Part shown: positions 39,787-50,556 of the stretch, piece after piece
Numbering within the stretch: position 1 is the stretch's first letter
How the letters are laid out: every line of letters starts with the position of its first letter
DNA from: Myxococcota bacterium
GTDB lineage: Bacteria; Myxococcota; SpSt-1050
Length of the DNA: 64,000 nucleotides
Reading direction: 5' to 3'
NCBI GenBank assembly: GCA_049969675.1
Contig: JBMFOP010000001.1
Span: 1-64,000, forward strand
The notes under the pieces: model-generated
Databases searched by the model: none
What the model was told of the DNA's origin: nothing
The model's input: the letters and a program-made list of their open reading frames with translations, nothing else
Translations under genes and position numbers: made by a program

Positions 39787-41004
39787 ATGTTTATCTCATC
39801 TTTTGGAATGACAGATGTAGGGCGGAAGCGTCCTCACAATGAAGATAATTTTTTTGTGGATAATGATAATAAGATTTATATAGTTTGTGATGGTATGGGC
39901 GGGGCAAATGCCGGGGAGGTCGCATCCAGAATGGCGGTTGATATAATAAGTGCAAGGATGAGGGAACGGATTGATGAGATAAGGGAGTTGAGCTCAGAGA
40001 ATACATTTGATTCAAAACAGAAGATAAAGACAATTATAAGTGATGCTGTATCCGAGGCGAGTCTTAAGATATTTGAGATTGCATCAAGAGAGGAGAGTAA
40101 GAAGGGGATGGGGACGACCCTGGTGATGCTGATAATCTGTGGAGAGAACGCATTTGTTTCAAATGTAGGAGATAGCAGGGCATATCTGATAAGGGATAAT
40201 CAGGTCTATCAGATAACCGAAGACCATACTCTTGTTCAGGAGCAGCTCAAGAGGGGACTTATTACACCCGAGGAGGCAAAGAATGTAACTTATGGGAATG
40301 TAATTACGCGGGCGGTGGGTGTTATGGAATCAGTTATGGTGGATACTACCCACATAGAACTGATGGCAGGTGATATATTCCTCCTCTGCACAGATGGCCT
40401 GCACGGATATACAGAGGATAAGGATGTGCTATCATTTATAACCTGCTCTACCCTTGAAGAGATGGCGAACTGTGCAATAGAATTTGCAAACAGAAGTGGG
40501 GGTAAAGATAATATCACAGCGATATTTGTAAGGGTCTCCACAGAGCTCAAGACCGAGGTCCCGGCATCAGATAAGATTAATCTCCTCAAGTCAGTAAGAC
40601 TGTTCAAATACTGCTCATATCAGGAGATTATGAAGGTCCTATCAGTTGCAACGATAGAGACATTTGAAAAGGATGAGATTATACTTATGGAGAATGAGCC
40701 CGGGGAGGAATTTTATATCATCCTATCTGGAGAGGTGCTGGTTAAAAGCAACAGTAAGCCAATCGCTACATTGGGAGTAGGGAAGCACTTTGGAGAGATG
40801 TCTCTTATTGACCTTGCACCGAGGTCAGCCTCTGTAGTCACCACTCAGCCCTCCAAATTAATCAAGATCAAGAGAAAGGACTTTGTAGCCCTCATTAAGG
40901 AGGATACACATCTGGGTATCAAGTTGTTGTGGTCATTCTTGCAGGACCTTTCGGATAGGTTGAGGATTACAAATATTGAATTGATAAAACACCTGAGTCA
41001 GTGA
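39787..41004 (+). CDS. PP2C (Stp1/PrpC-like) Ser/Thr phosphatase fused to a C-terminal cNMP-binding domain
   Basis: TDVGRKRPHNED, VCDGMGG, MGTT, NVGDSRAY, LCTDGL, GGKDNIT; FGEMSLIDLAPRSASV. Confidence 0.92.
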   Translation: MFISSFGMTDVGRKRPHNEDNFFVDNDNKIYIVCDGMGGANAGEVASRMAVDIISARMRERIDEIRELSSENTFDSKQKIKTIISDAVSEASLKIFEIASREESKKGMGTTLVMLIICGENAFVSNVGDSRAYLIRDNQVYQITEDHTLVQEQLKRGLITPEEAKNVTYGNVITRAVGVMESVMVDTTHIELMAGDIFLLCTDGLHGYTEDKDVLSFITCSTLEEMANCAIEFANRSGGKDNITAIFVRVSTELKTEVPASDKINLLKSVRLFKYCSYQEIMKVLSVATIETFEKDEIILMENEPGEEFYIILSGEVLVKSNSKPIATLGVGKHFGEMSLIDLAPRSASVVTTQPSKLIKIKRKDFVALIKEDTHLGIKLLWSFLQDLSDRLRITNIELIKHLSQ

Positions 41005-41135
41005 GGAGAATGGATTGATTTTACTCTATCAATTGTGTGAAATATAATTGTTATATTTTGCGAGACAGAAGATCGATTTTTATATTTATTTGCAACTTTT
41101 TGAGCAGTGATTAATCTAAATAGATTGGAGGAGAT

Positions 41136-41549
41136 ATGGCATTTAAGGTCACATGGAAAAAAGATATGTTATTTGAAGGGGAGAGTCCAGAAGGGCATAA
41201 GGTAATGATGGATACCTCAAAGGAGCATGGAGGGAGTGATTCAGCCGCTGCTCCGATGCAACTTGTTCTACTTGCACTTGGCGGTTGCACAGGTATGGAT
41301 GTAATAGCAATCTTAAGAAAGATGAAGAATATCCCCGAGGAATTTTATATGGAGATTGAATCTGAGAGGGCACCTGAGCACCCGAAGGTTTATAAGAAGA
41401 CCAATATAAAATATGTCTTTGTTGGGGATTTGAAAGAGGAGAATGTAAAGAAGGCTATTGAATTATCTCAGACCAAATACTGCTCGGTCTCTGCTATTTT
41501 GAGAGGAGTTGGTGAAGTAAATTATAGTTACGAAATAAAGAGGAGGTAG
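41136..41549 (+). CDS. OsmC/YhfA family protein
   Basis: PMQLVLLALGGCTGMDV...SQTKYCSVS. Confidence 0.9.
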   Translation: MAFKVTWKKDMLFEGESPEGHKVMMDTSKEHGGSDSAAAPMQLVLLALGGCTGMDVIAILRKMKNIPEEFYMEIESERAPEHPKVYKKTNIKYVFVGDLKEENVKKAIELSQTKYCSVSAILRGVGEVNYSYEIKRR

Positions 41550-41553
41550 GCAG

Positions 41554-42519
41554 ATGGAGTTTCATCTTTCGGGGACGAAGAATAAAAGTGTATCTAATGA
41601 TATTAAAAATCTTATTATCTTAGGTGGTGGTCCTGCAGGTCTTACAGCAGCCATTTATGCAGCAAGGGCTATGCTAAGCCCTCTATTGATTGAATCCGGT
41701 GTGATGGGGGGGCAGGCAGCGATTACTGATATTCTTGAAAATTATCCCGGTTTTCCAGAGGGTATAAACGGTGCGAGGCTCACCTCATTATTTGAGGCTC
41801 AGGCAAAGAAGTTTGGCACCGAAATTATTATGGATGATATTGGTAAGATAGAGGTAGTAGATGATATTATCTTGCTTAAAGGGTATAATACAGAATATCG
41901 AACAAAGGCTCTAATTATAGCAACTGGTGCCTCTTATAAGAGACTCGGTGTAAAGGGGGAAGAGGAGTTTATTGGCAGAGGTATATCATTCTGTGCAACC
42001 TGTGATGGCGCATTTTTCAAAGATGCAAAGATAGCGGTTGTAGGTGGTGGTGATTCAGCAGTAAAGGAGGCGATATTTTTAACCCGATTTGCAAGCGAGG
42101 TCTATATAATTCATAGGAGAGATGAACTCAGGGCTGAAAAGATTATTCAGCAACAGGCATTTTCAAATCCCAAGATAAAGTTCAAATGGAGTACTGTTGT
42201 GGAGGAGTTTTTAGGGGATGAATCTGGGATAAAAAAACTGAGATTGAAAGAGCTCAAGAGCGGGAATATCTATGAAGAGGAGTTTGAAGGTGCATTCATC
42301 TTTATTGGTCATAGACCCAATACAGAGTTATTCAAGGGCATTGTTGATATGGATGAGAATGGCTTTATTATTACAGATGAGAATATGAAGACATCACAAA
42401 AGGGTATATTCGCGGCCGGAGATGTGAGGAAGAAGGGTTTGAGACAGGTAATTACTGCTGCCGCAGATGGTGCCATCGCTGCCTTTATGGCTGAGGACTA
42501 TCTGAGCCATTCTAAATAA
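41554..42519 (+). CDS. trxB: Thioredoxin-disulfide reductase
   Basis: GGGPAGLTAAIY, ENYPGF, CATCDG, GGGDSA, IHRRD, FAAGD. Confidence 0.96.
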   Translation: MEFHLSGTKNKSVSNDIKNLIILGGGPAGLTAAIYAARAMLSPLLIESGVMGGQAAITDILENYPGFPEGINGARLTSLFEAQAKKFGTEIIMDDIGKIEVVDDIILLKGYNTEYRTKALIIATGASYKRLGVKGEEEFIGRGISFCATCDGAFFKDAKIAVVGGGDSAVKEAIFLTRFASEVYIIHRRDELRAEKIIQQQAFSNPKIKFKWSTVVEEFLGDESGIKKLRLKELKSGNIYEEEFEGAFIFIGHRPNTELFKGIVDMDENGFIITDENMKTSQKGIFAAGDVRKKGLRQVITAAADGAIAAFMAEDYLSHSK

Positions 42520-43039
42520 GAGATGGAGATATTGTGGTAAAATTTTTATAACCAGACATCCGCCGTACGGAATAATCTGTAAAAGATATCTGTCCAGAAT
42601 AAGTCTTTAGTAAAAGGCTTTTGCAGATGTAAAATTATTCATATCTATATGGAGTTGAATCACAAAAGCCAGAATCTTCAATACAGTCTTGATATTCATA
42701 AAAATACTCCTTTCTGTCCCTGAGCCTGCCCTCAGGAACCTGATTTGATTCTGGCTGGCAGGAGCCTGTTTCTTTACTTACCCTGTAACTTAAATGCCAT
42801 GGCTGATGCAATCAATGGTCCAGATACAGCCCCAGATAGTAAAGAAGTAACTACAGAATAGGCAGCAAAACTCCCTGGTACTCAAGACTGCAATGTCGTT
42901 TCTCCCTATCATATAAGTTTATCAGTTGTTTCATAATGCTGTGCGCAATTATGGGGCACCACCAAATTTTTGAATATAAAAATTTTATGGGAAGGCTTTT
43001 TCATAAATGGGATAAGAGAGGGAAATAATCTGGCAGGGA

Positions 43040-43237
43040 CTATTCTGTTTCAATATCAATTCTTTCATAGTATTTCCCATCATTGCTGTTCTCTCTCTTC
43101 TCTTTTTGTGTTATGCTCTCTTCCTCTGGAATTGAATCTTCAATATAGAGTGGTAATTGGATTTCCCTACGCCTTTCTCTTCTTTTTTCCTTCTTCAATT
43201 TTTCAATAATGAAGGCGTCTAACATAAATCTCACCAC
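43040..43237 (-). CDS. Small charged hypothetical protein (MLDAFIIE... type)
   Basis: ORF directly behind a full sigma54 promoter architecture; start may be at MLDAF (43225). Confidence 0.65.
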   Translation of the reverse strand: MVRFMLDAFIIEKLKKEKRRERRREIQLPLYIEDSIPEEESITQKEKRENSNDGKYYERIDIETE

Positions 43238-43253
43238 CTTTCAAATTACCAGT

Positions 43254-43401
43254 ATGCATCCCTTGTGCCAGAAAATAATGCATAAATATCAATATGTTAG
43301 GCTTGAGCCCCCTTAAACTTTGTGACAATATTGTCATATTTACGAATTCTTGCATAGCCTGATAAATATATGTTTGAGCAAGGCAATTGACAACTTTGTC
43401 A
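43254..43401 (-). promoter_or_regulatory. Sigma54 promoter with IHF site and two palindromic upstream boxes
   Basis: Minus strand TGGCACAAGGGATGCAT (43270-43254; GG-N10-GC); TATCAATATGTTA (43287-43299); TGACAATATTGTCA (43323-43336); TGACAACTTTGTCA (43388-43401). Confidence 0.7.
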
Positions 43402-43513
43402 GAAATTTAAAATAAGTATAAAATAAATTCCTTATTTTTATAAATATTGTATTCTGACTGTGGTGTATGTGGGATTTTTCTTTAACATCTTATACTATGG
43501 AGAGAATGTGATT

Positions 43514-44503
43514 ATGAAAAAGGGAGTAGTATTATTTCTTTTATTGAGCTTTCTCCCCTCAATTCTTCCTGCCCAATCGTTAGAGGATATACAATTAAAG
43601 AAGAAGGAGGAGAGGCCTCCAATGCTTGATCTGGGCTTTTTGGGGACTTTTGAAGGTTCTATGGGAATTAATGCAGATAGACCTGAATATTACAATGTTG
43701 TTTATGTGGCTCCTCAACTTAAGATAGGACAGTTTATACGGGCACAGCTGAATATGACTATGAACAGGGCTATCCTTGGTAGGCAGGAAAATGCCTTCTC
43801 CTGGACACCTGAGGATTTCTCTCTTGAGTTTGCCCATCTCAAAATCTATAAGGAGCCTTTTACCGGAATCAGCCTCTCGGCTCGAGCAAGATATTATATT
43901 CCTACCTCCAAGCAGTCACAGGATGCCAACTCTTATGGGCAGATGAGAGGATATATTAAATTCTCTTATACTATCTGGAGATTATATTTTGCAGCAGAAT
44001 TTAACGCGCAAAAATACTTCAACGAGTACTATACATGGAATACAAAGGAGGAGGTTGGGACGGAGAAGTGGTATCATCAGGCTGGTAAAGATGAATATGT
44101 AGAGAATAATACCTCCTACGGATTTGGCGAGACATATACTGGTTCTATCAATATTGCTGATGGGCTTGATTTCTCTCTTATATGGGGGATGTATCAGAGC
44201 CAGAAGTATTCACCTGATAGTGGTCATCCGGAGTCATCTGGTAGCAGTTATTTGCAGCTTCCAAGAAGTACTGTCTGGGGTCACACCTATAGATTTGCCG
44301 CTGATCTTACCTATGGAATTGGGAGTATTCCTGCAATAAGGGACTCAGAGACACTTAAAGGAACTCCAGTACCAAATCTGTATATCTCATTAGGATATTC
44401 TATTTTTGCACCACAATTAAAGAATGGCGGAAGGGAATCAAATTTGAATCCGTTTGATCCGAAATATGCCCAATTATATGCAGATTTAAGTCTTGTATTT
44501 TAA
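43514..44503 (+). CDS. Hypothetical outer-membrane beta-barrel-like protein
   Basis: Signal peptide, aromatic-rich alternating strands, C-terminal LYADLSLVF beta-signal. Confidence 0.65.
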   Translation: MKKGVVLFLLLSFLPSILPAQSLEDIQLKKKEERPPMLDLGFLGTFEGSMGINADRPEYYNVVYVAPQLKIGQFIRAQLNMTMNRAILGRQENAFSWTPEDFSLEFAHLKIYKEPFTGISLSARARYYIPTSKQSQDANSYGQMRGYIKFSYTIWRLYFAAEFNAQKYFNEYYTWNTKEEVGTEKWYHQAGKDEYVENNTSYGFGETYTGSINIADGLDFSLIWGMYQSQKYSPDSGHPESSGSSYLQLPRSTVWGHTYRFAADLTYGIGSIPAIRDSETLKGTPVPNLYISLGYSIFAPQLKNGGRESNLNPFDPKYAQLYADLSLVF

Positions 44504-44526
44504 TTTTTTTAGTAAAGGAGAGAATT

Positions 44527-47500
44527 ATGAGCAAGAGAACATTTTTAGCAATTATCATTATGGCACTTTTGCTTTCTTTCTGTGCTACAGAGCCAGAGCC
44601 TCTGGATAGGACGCAACCAGAGGCAGTCAACAAAGCCATTTTTAGTGGTGAATGGATTTATAAAGCAACTGTAACTGATACAGATTGGGATAATAAATTT
44701 ACATTTATAGGAGAAGAGACGAGCTCTTATATGGGAGATGCCTTCAAGCTTAGATGGGAAATTACAATGGACTATCTAAATGCATATAAAGTTGCACAGA
44801 GGTATATGACCCTTGATGGCAGATTGGTTGAGAATGATGCTGGAGATAAGAGTCTGGTGCTATCTTTTAGAATCAAAAAGCATTACGATATAAGATACCG
44901 ATATAATAGTACGACAAGGGAAGACCTGAATGTTATTGAAGAGAATTATGATAGACCCTGGAATGAGAGAGAATATATGGAGGTTGATTGGTCGCAGAAT
45001 CTGGCTACCAATGTGAGCAATCCGTTGCAGATGGACCTTGCCTCCGGAGAGCTTGTGAGAGAGCCGGTCTCAGTTTATGAAAATGTAGAATTCTTTGCGA
45101 GAGGTGCTACAAAGGATGAAGATTACAAGATTGATACGAGGAAATGGAATCCCAAGAAAGACCCTGAAGTCTATTTAATAAATATTGACCTCAAAGAGTC
45201 AATCAGGTCTCGTCTTGAGAGCTGGATACAACTTTATTATGGTGAATATATGCCTCCGGTGACAGTTAAGACCCGTCACTCACTTATGAAGGCCCTTCCT
45301 ATAGATCAGCAGACCTATAAACCAATGCAGTATGATGATTATTTCTTTAGAAGGTTTGGCTTCTTCAGAACCGAGTATGATACCTATGACCCCGAGAGGG
45401 GACCAATGGAGAATCAGAAACAATACCTTATTAACAGATGGGATTTTTCAAATGGTAAGAAGTTGATATGGTATGCCTCCCCAAGTTTTCAGGAGCAGAT
45501 CAATGAAGGCGATTCAGACCTGAAGGGCTATGCACTCAGGGTTATTGAAGAATGGAATAAGGTACTGAAGGAGGCTCTCGGCAGAACAGATGATGTCCTT
45601 GAATTTAGAGAAAATGAACCTTTGTGTAACGCTGGTGTTAAGGTGATCACAAATTCTGATGGGGTGAAAGTCTGTGAGGATGGGAAACAGGTAACAAATC
45701 TGGATGGCAGTAAGAGATGGAAGTATGAAGTGGGTGATCTAAGATATTCATTCTTAAACTTCATTAAAAAACCTCAAAATGCATCTCCGCTTGGCTATGG
45801 TCCGTTAACGCCTGATGCAGATACTGGTGAGATAGTAAGTGCCACAGTAAATGTATATGGTAATTGGGTGGATTATGTGGTGAGAAGGGCTATGGATCAG
45901 TATGATGTTGCAGCAGGTTTATGTACGCTTGACAATGTAAAGGACGGCTTCTTTTATAATCCAGAGACAGGGAGGTGTGATAGTCAGGTATTTATAGGCA
46001 AGTACAAAGGGGGAGTTGTTCAACCAAAGGCGGCCCCACCATCAGAAGGTGATAAGAAGAATAAAAACAGGTTGAGAACACTCACACCAGCTCTTAAGAC
46101 GGCATATTATCCCAAACTTGATATTCACAAACCAGACCCACAAATCCCCCAGGAACAGATGAAGAAAGACCTTGAAAATCTCAAAGTGCTTTATAAAGAC
46201 CAGCTCAAACATCCTGTTGCGCTGGATCTTAACGGATTTAAGAGCATTAAAGGTACAAAATTTGAATCAATGCTTGTCCCACATTCTACATTCAATTCAT
46301 TGCTGCCCTATGCAAAATCAGCAGATGATGCTGAGGTGGTAGCACTCCTTTCTCCAGCCAGAAGACTCTCTCCAGAATTTCTATATGCAATGAAGAAGGG
46401 TCAGGAGAAGAGGATGCATTATTGTGACGAACCGATTATGTTTGAACCAGCGATTAATGCATTTGTAGAGGAGATGAAAGATAAACCCAGAGATGAAGTA
46501 TATAAAATTTTGAGGAACTGGATATGGTATACAACAGCGCTTCATGAGATGGGACATACACTTGGATTAAGACACAATTTTAGAGGGTCTGTAGACCAGA
46601 GAAATTTCTCTCAAGAGTATTTTGCAGCCTACGATGAATACTGGAAACAGATTGATGCAATAAGAGGCAAATACTGGAATAGAATCAAAAATGGAGATGC
46701 AGAGGCATACGAGGCATATGTTCAGGAGGTTGATGATATAAAATCCATACACAATAGATATGCCTCAACATCTATAATGGACTATCTCGGCGATTGGACA
46801 AAGTGGCAATATCCTGTTGGGAGCTATGACAGGGCGGCAATTCTATTTGGATATGGAAAGAAGGTTGAGGTTTCTGATGGAAAAGGAGGATGGGTACTTG
46901 CGGATTATATGGACGGCGATTTCAGACAGAAAGATTTCTATGATGAAAATGAACTCGCAGAATCTGGAAGGAAGGTTAGATATTATATGTTCTGCTCGGA
47001 TGAAAAGGTATTTGATGACGCCTTCTGTACCAGATTTGATGTTGGGACAACTGCTACTGAGATCGTAAGGAACTTTATTAGAGATGCACAGCCTGCATAT
47101 TTCTTCAAGAACTTCAAGAGACATTCAGCGATGTTTGATGAGAGGAGAGACAGTTACTATATCAACAAATGGCTCTGGACTTACTATACTTATGGCAAGG
47201 CGTTAGGCGAAATGACTCTCGGTTCAATAAGGTATGAAGAGATGTGGGGCTCCATATTTGATGGAATTGATGCAATTAACAGAGGTCCAGAGACAAGGGA
47301 TATGGTTCCGGGGTATCATAGAAATGGTGGTGAAGACCTATTAAGGGCTTCAATGATATTCTATTATTACCTGATTTATGATGTCTTAATGAGGCCTGAT
47401 TACGGTTATTATCAGTTGAGCTATGATACATCACATCAAAAGTACTGGGAATCCACCGAACCACAATATCTTGATGACTCAAAACCCAGTACTTATGTGC

Positions 47501-48513
47501 CTGCTGGGATTGGTTGGGGGTGGATGGATAAATACGACCAGCAAAGAGATATCAATCAGTATTATCCTCATCTTGAGAGGATTGGTGTGGAGCTTGACAA
47601 GATAATTGCACTTGAGATACTGTCAATCCCTGCGGCACTAAATGAACCGTTATATTTTGAAAAGGCAAATGGTGTCAATTTCTGGAACTCTCTCTGGACA
47701 AATAACGGCAGTCAACTCTGGGAGGTAATTAAAGGACTTATCACAGATAACTTCTCACATTATCAAAATCCATGGTGTATTAAATGTGATGCCGCATGCA
47801 GGGCGGACCCGATAAATCATCCTCCAGAGATTAAGACATATCCTGTTGACCTGCTTGAAGGTATGAGAAAAGGCAGACTGATTGGTGGCTGGGTAGAGCC
47901 GACAAGGCCAAATAGATGTGGCTCCGACGACGAGTCTCCGATGCAGCCCGGAATGGATGCACTCTTTGCAATCTATCCGATTTTCTACGCTATTGCCGGT
48001 GCATCACATCCCTGGTATCATAATTCACTATCAGATTATCTTGATTCGCAGGTCGTTGGTGGTGCTCATAGGTTTGATCCACCTCCGGGTGCAAAGACGG
48101 TTACAATGGTTAATAGCTCCGGGACAAAGACATATCTTGCAGCCCAGACGGATGACAATCTGAGTATCTCATATCAACTCGTTTCAAATGGGAGATGGAT
48201 AAATAATCATCTTGCCTATTACACCGCCTGTAATAATGGTGAAGTACCATCTCAGGAGTTAAGAACTGAGATGAATAAAAATTGCAATGATTGGGAGAGC
48301 TGTTGTTCTGATGTCCTTGATTGTTATAATCCTTGGTTAAATCCAAAACCAGAATATTGTGATGCAGAAGGATGGGACATTTTATTTATGTATGATGGAT
48401 TTAAGTATAGAAATCTGGATAGAATTGAGGCAATGCTTATAATGATGCAGGATATGATTGATATCGCCGGGCATTACCAATGGAGGGTCCCTGGGTACCT
48501 TGAAGAACCCTGA
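44527..48513 (+). CDS. Large zinc-dependent metalloprotease lipoprotein (metzincin)
   Basis: Lipobox LSFC; HEMGHTLGLRHNF zinc motif; SIMDY Met-turn; YMFCSDE; Cys-rich C-terminus. Confidence 0.88.
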   Translation: MSKRTFLAIIIMALLLSFCATEPEPLDRTQPEAVNKAIFSGEWIYKATVTDTDWDNKFTFIGEETSSYMGDAFKLRWEITMDYLNAYKVAQRYMTLDGRLVENDAGDKSLVLSFRIKKHYDIRYRYNSTTREDLNVIEENYDRPWNEREYMEVDWSQNLATNVSNPLQMDLASGELVREPVSVYENVEFFARGATKDEDYKIDTRKWNPKKDPEVYLINIDLKESIRSRLESWIQLYYGEYMPPVTVKTRHSLMKALPIDQQTYKPMQYDDYFFRRFGFFRTEYDTYDPERGPMENQKQYLINRWDFSNGKKLIWYASPSFQEQINEGDSDLKGYALRVIEEWNKVLKEALGRTDDVLEFRENEPLCNAGVKVITNSDGVKVCEDGKQVTNLDGSKRWKYEVGDLRYSFLNFIKKPQNASPLGYGPLTPDADTGEIVSATVNVYGNWVDYVVRRAMDQYDVAAGLCTLDNVKDGFFYNPETGRCDSQVFIGKYKGGVVQPKAAPPSEGDKKNKNRLRTLTPALKTAYYPKLDIHKPDPQIPQEQMKKDLENLKVLYKDQLKHPVALDLNGFKSIKGTKFESMLVPHSTFNSLLPYAKSADDAEVVALLSPARRLSPEFLYAMKKGQEKRMHYCDEPIMFEPAINAFVEEMKDKPRDEVYKILRNWIWYTTALHEMGHTLGLRHNFRGSVDQRNFSQEYFAAYDEYWKQIDAIRGKYWNRIKNGDAEAYEAYVQEVDDIKSIHNRYASTSIMDYLGDWTKWQYPVGSYDRAAILFGYGKKVEVSDGKGGWVLADYMDGDFRQKDFYDENELAESGRKVRYYMFCSDEKVFDDAFCTRFDVGTTATEIVRNFIRDAQPAYFFKNFKRHSAMFDERRDSYYINKWLWTYYTYGKALGEMTLGSIRYEEMWGSIFDGIDAINRGPETRDMVPGYHRNGGEDLLRASMIFYYYLIYDVLMRPDYGYYQLSYDTSHQKYWESTEPQYLDDSKPSTYVPAGIGWGWMDKYDQQRDINQYYPHLERIGVELDKIIALEILSIPAALNEPLYFEKANGVNFWNSLWTNNGSQLWEVIKGLITDNFSHYQNPWCIKCDAACRADPINHPPEIKTYPVDLLEGMRKGRLIGGWVEPTRPNRCGSDDESPMQPGMDALFAIYPIFYAIAGASHPWYHNSLSDYLDSQVVGGAHRFDPPPGAKTVTMVNSSGTKTYLAAQTDDNLSISYQLVSNGRWINNHLAYYTACNNGEVPSQELRTEMNKNCNDWESCCSDVLDCYNPWLNPKPEYCDAEGWDILFMYDGFKYRNLDRIEAMLIMMQDMIDIAGHYQWRVPGYLEEP

Positions 48514-48539
48514 TGGGATATAATATTATAGATATTTTG

Positions 48540-48567
48540 AAAAAGGCGGTTTTATACCGCCTTTTTT
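48540..48567 (+). terminator. Rho-independent (bidirectional-looking) terminator
   Basis: AAAAAGGCGGT-tttat-ACCGCCTTTTTT. Confidence 0.85.
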
Positions 48568-48692
48568 GTTGACAACTGCAATGATGTGATGTATTAGAAG
48601 TAGTGTCTTTTACTCCCCGCTTAAAATTCAATATTGCGGGTAAATGAATACCAAAATTCCGTCCTTGGTCAACTAATTTGTCAGGAGGTAAA

Positions 48693-49940
48693 ATGAACTT
48701 ATCAGAGTTAAAAGAACTGAAGATTCAGGACCTTGTAAAACTTGCAAAGGACCTCAATGTAGAGGGTGTGAGAGGTATGAGGAAACAGGACCTCATCTTC
48801 GCTATCCTTCAGGCTGAGGCTGAAAAGAACGGTCTGATATATGGAGAGGGAGTGCTTGAGGTCCTTCCAGATGGTTTTGGATTTTTAAGGGCTTCCGATT
48901 ATTCCTATTTACAGGGACCGGATGATATTTACATCTCGCCTTCACAAATTAAAAAATTTAATCTCAGAACTGGAGATACTGTGCTTGGGCAGATTAGACC
49001 CCCTAAAGAAAATGAACATTATTTTGCAATGATAAAGATTGATGCGATCAATTATGAAGACCCCGAAATTGCAAAAGACAAGATTCTATTTGACAATCTG
49101 ACACCACTTTATCCTAATCAGAAGTTTAATCTGGAATATGACCCTGAGAATTACACTACTCGAATTATTGACCTGTTTGCTCCTATCGGGAAGGGACAGA
49201 GATGCCTTATTGTCTCTCCACCGAGGGCTGGTAAGACTGTACTTCTTCAGAATGTGGCAAATGCACTTACTGCTAATCATAAGGATGTATATCTAATAGT
49301 CCTTTTGATAGACGAGAGGCCGGAGGAGGTTACTGATATGGAGCGGTCAGTACAGGGAGAGGTAATCTCTTCAACATTTGATGAACCTCCTCAGAGACAT
49401 GTTCAGGTCGCTGAAATGGTTATTGAGAGGGCAAAGAGACTTGTTGAACATAAAAAAGATGTGGTGATACTGCTTGATTCTATTACAAGGCTTGCGAGGG
49501 CGTATAATACTGTTGTTCCACCTTCTGGAAAGATTCTTTCTGGTGGTGTGGATTCAAATGCCTTGCATAAGCCCAAGAGATTCTTTGGTGCAGCTCGTAA
49601 TGTAGAGGAGGGAGGTTCACTCACAATCATTGGAACGGCATTGATAGATACCGGTTCAAGAATGGATGAGGTAATATTTGAGGAGTTCAAAGGTACGGGT
49701 AATTGTGAAATTGTACTTGATAGAAAATTGATGGAGAAGAGGATTTTTCCAACGCTTGATATTCCCAAGAGCGGAACAAGAAAAGAGGAATTGCTCCTAC
49801 CAGATTGGGCACTTAAGAGGATCTGGATATTGAGGCAGCTCCTTGCACCACTAAATCAGGTAGATGCAATGGAATTTATTCTTGAAAAAATAAAACGCAC
49901 TAAAACAAACAAAGAATTTTTAGAATCAATGAATCAATAA
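48693..49940 (+). CDS. rho: Transcription termination factor Rho
   Basis: [49 protein letters not shown]. Confidence 0.98.
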   Translation: MNLSELKELKIQDLVKLAKDLNVEGVRGMRKQDLIFAILQAEAEKNGLIYGEGVLEVLPDGFGFLRASDYSYLQGPDDIYISPSQIKKFNLRTGDTVLGQIRPPKENEHYFAMIKIDAINYEDPEIAKDKILFDNLTPLYPNQKFNLEYDPENYTTRIIDLFAPIGKGQRCLIVSPPRAGKTVLLQNVANALTANHKDVYLIVLLIDERPEEVTDMERSVQGEVISSTFDEPPQRHVQVAEMVIERAKRLVEHKKDVVILLDSITRLARAYNTVVPPSGKILSGGVDSNALHKPKRFFGAARNVEEGGSLTIIGTALIDTGSRMDEVIFEEFKGTGNCEIVLDRKLMEKRIFPTLDIPKSGTRKEELLLPDWALKRIWILRQLLAPLNQVDAMEFILEKIKRTKTNKEFLESMNQ

Positions 49941-49950
49941 CAATGTCCTT

Positions 49951-50556
49951 ATGATTAAGAGAATTTTTTGCTTGATTTTAGTACTATTGAACCCTTTACT
50001 TTATGTAGAGTGTTCAGATAGTAACTCTGACAATAATCTATCAGATGCGGGTGCGGATGTATTAATAAGTGGCTGCAATACAATATCCGATTGTTCAGAT
50101 AAAGAGACTAAAGACTCTGTCTGTGTTAAGAAAGGTTGTGTATCAATAGGAGAGGCCTCAAAGTTTCTCCATATAGTATTTTATCCAAAATACATCAGTT
50201 CTGTGGTAAATGATATCAGTTATTTTACATATTATTTCTTTTATCCACTTGATGTGGAAGGGAATAATTTATCCTGTGAAAAACTCCTGAGTGATTTCAA
50301 CTTTAGTCAAAAGAGAGACCTCAACATTATTCAATCATATGAAAAACAGGCGACCATCTCAGCTACTGGCTCAGAGATGTATACACTCCCGTTGCCCACG
50401 ATAAAAGACTCTCTATTGTTCTTCATCTTTTATCAGGAAAATGGGAGTGTAGTTGCTATTGGTTGTAGCGAGAAGATTGATACTACATCAAATGATTCAG
50501 TGGGTATCTTCCCCTGCAAACCAGAGCAGATAAATGCCTGTCTGGGAGAGTTCTAA
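49951..50556 (+). CDS. Hypothetical exported Cys-rich protein, possible lipoprotein
   Basis: Signal-like N-terminus with Cys, SDAGAD linker, several Cys residues. Confidence 0.65.
   Translation: MIKRIFCLILVLLNPLLYVECSDSNSDNNLSDAGADVLISGCNTISDCSDKETKDSVCVKKGCVSIGEASKFLHIVFYPKYISSVVNDISYFTYYFFYPLDVEGNNLSCEKLLSDFNFSQKRDLNIIQSYEKQATISATGSEMYTLPLPTIKDSLLFFIFYQENGSVVAIGCSEKIDTTSNDSVGIFPCKPEQINACLGEF

Noticed and set aside
42719..42736. CCTGAG-cctgcc-CTCAGG hairpin, REP-like
   Set aside because: Single copy in the window with only a 6-bp stem
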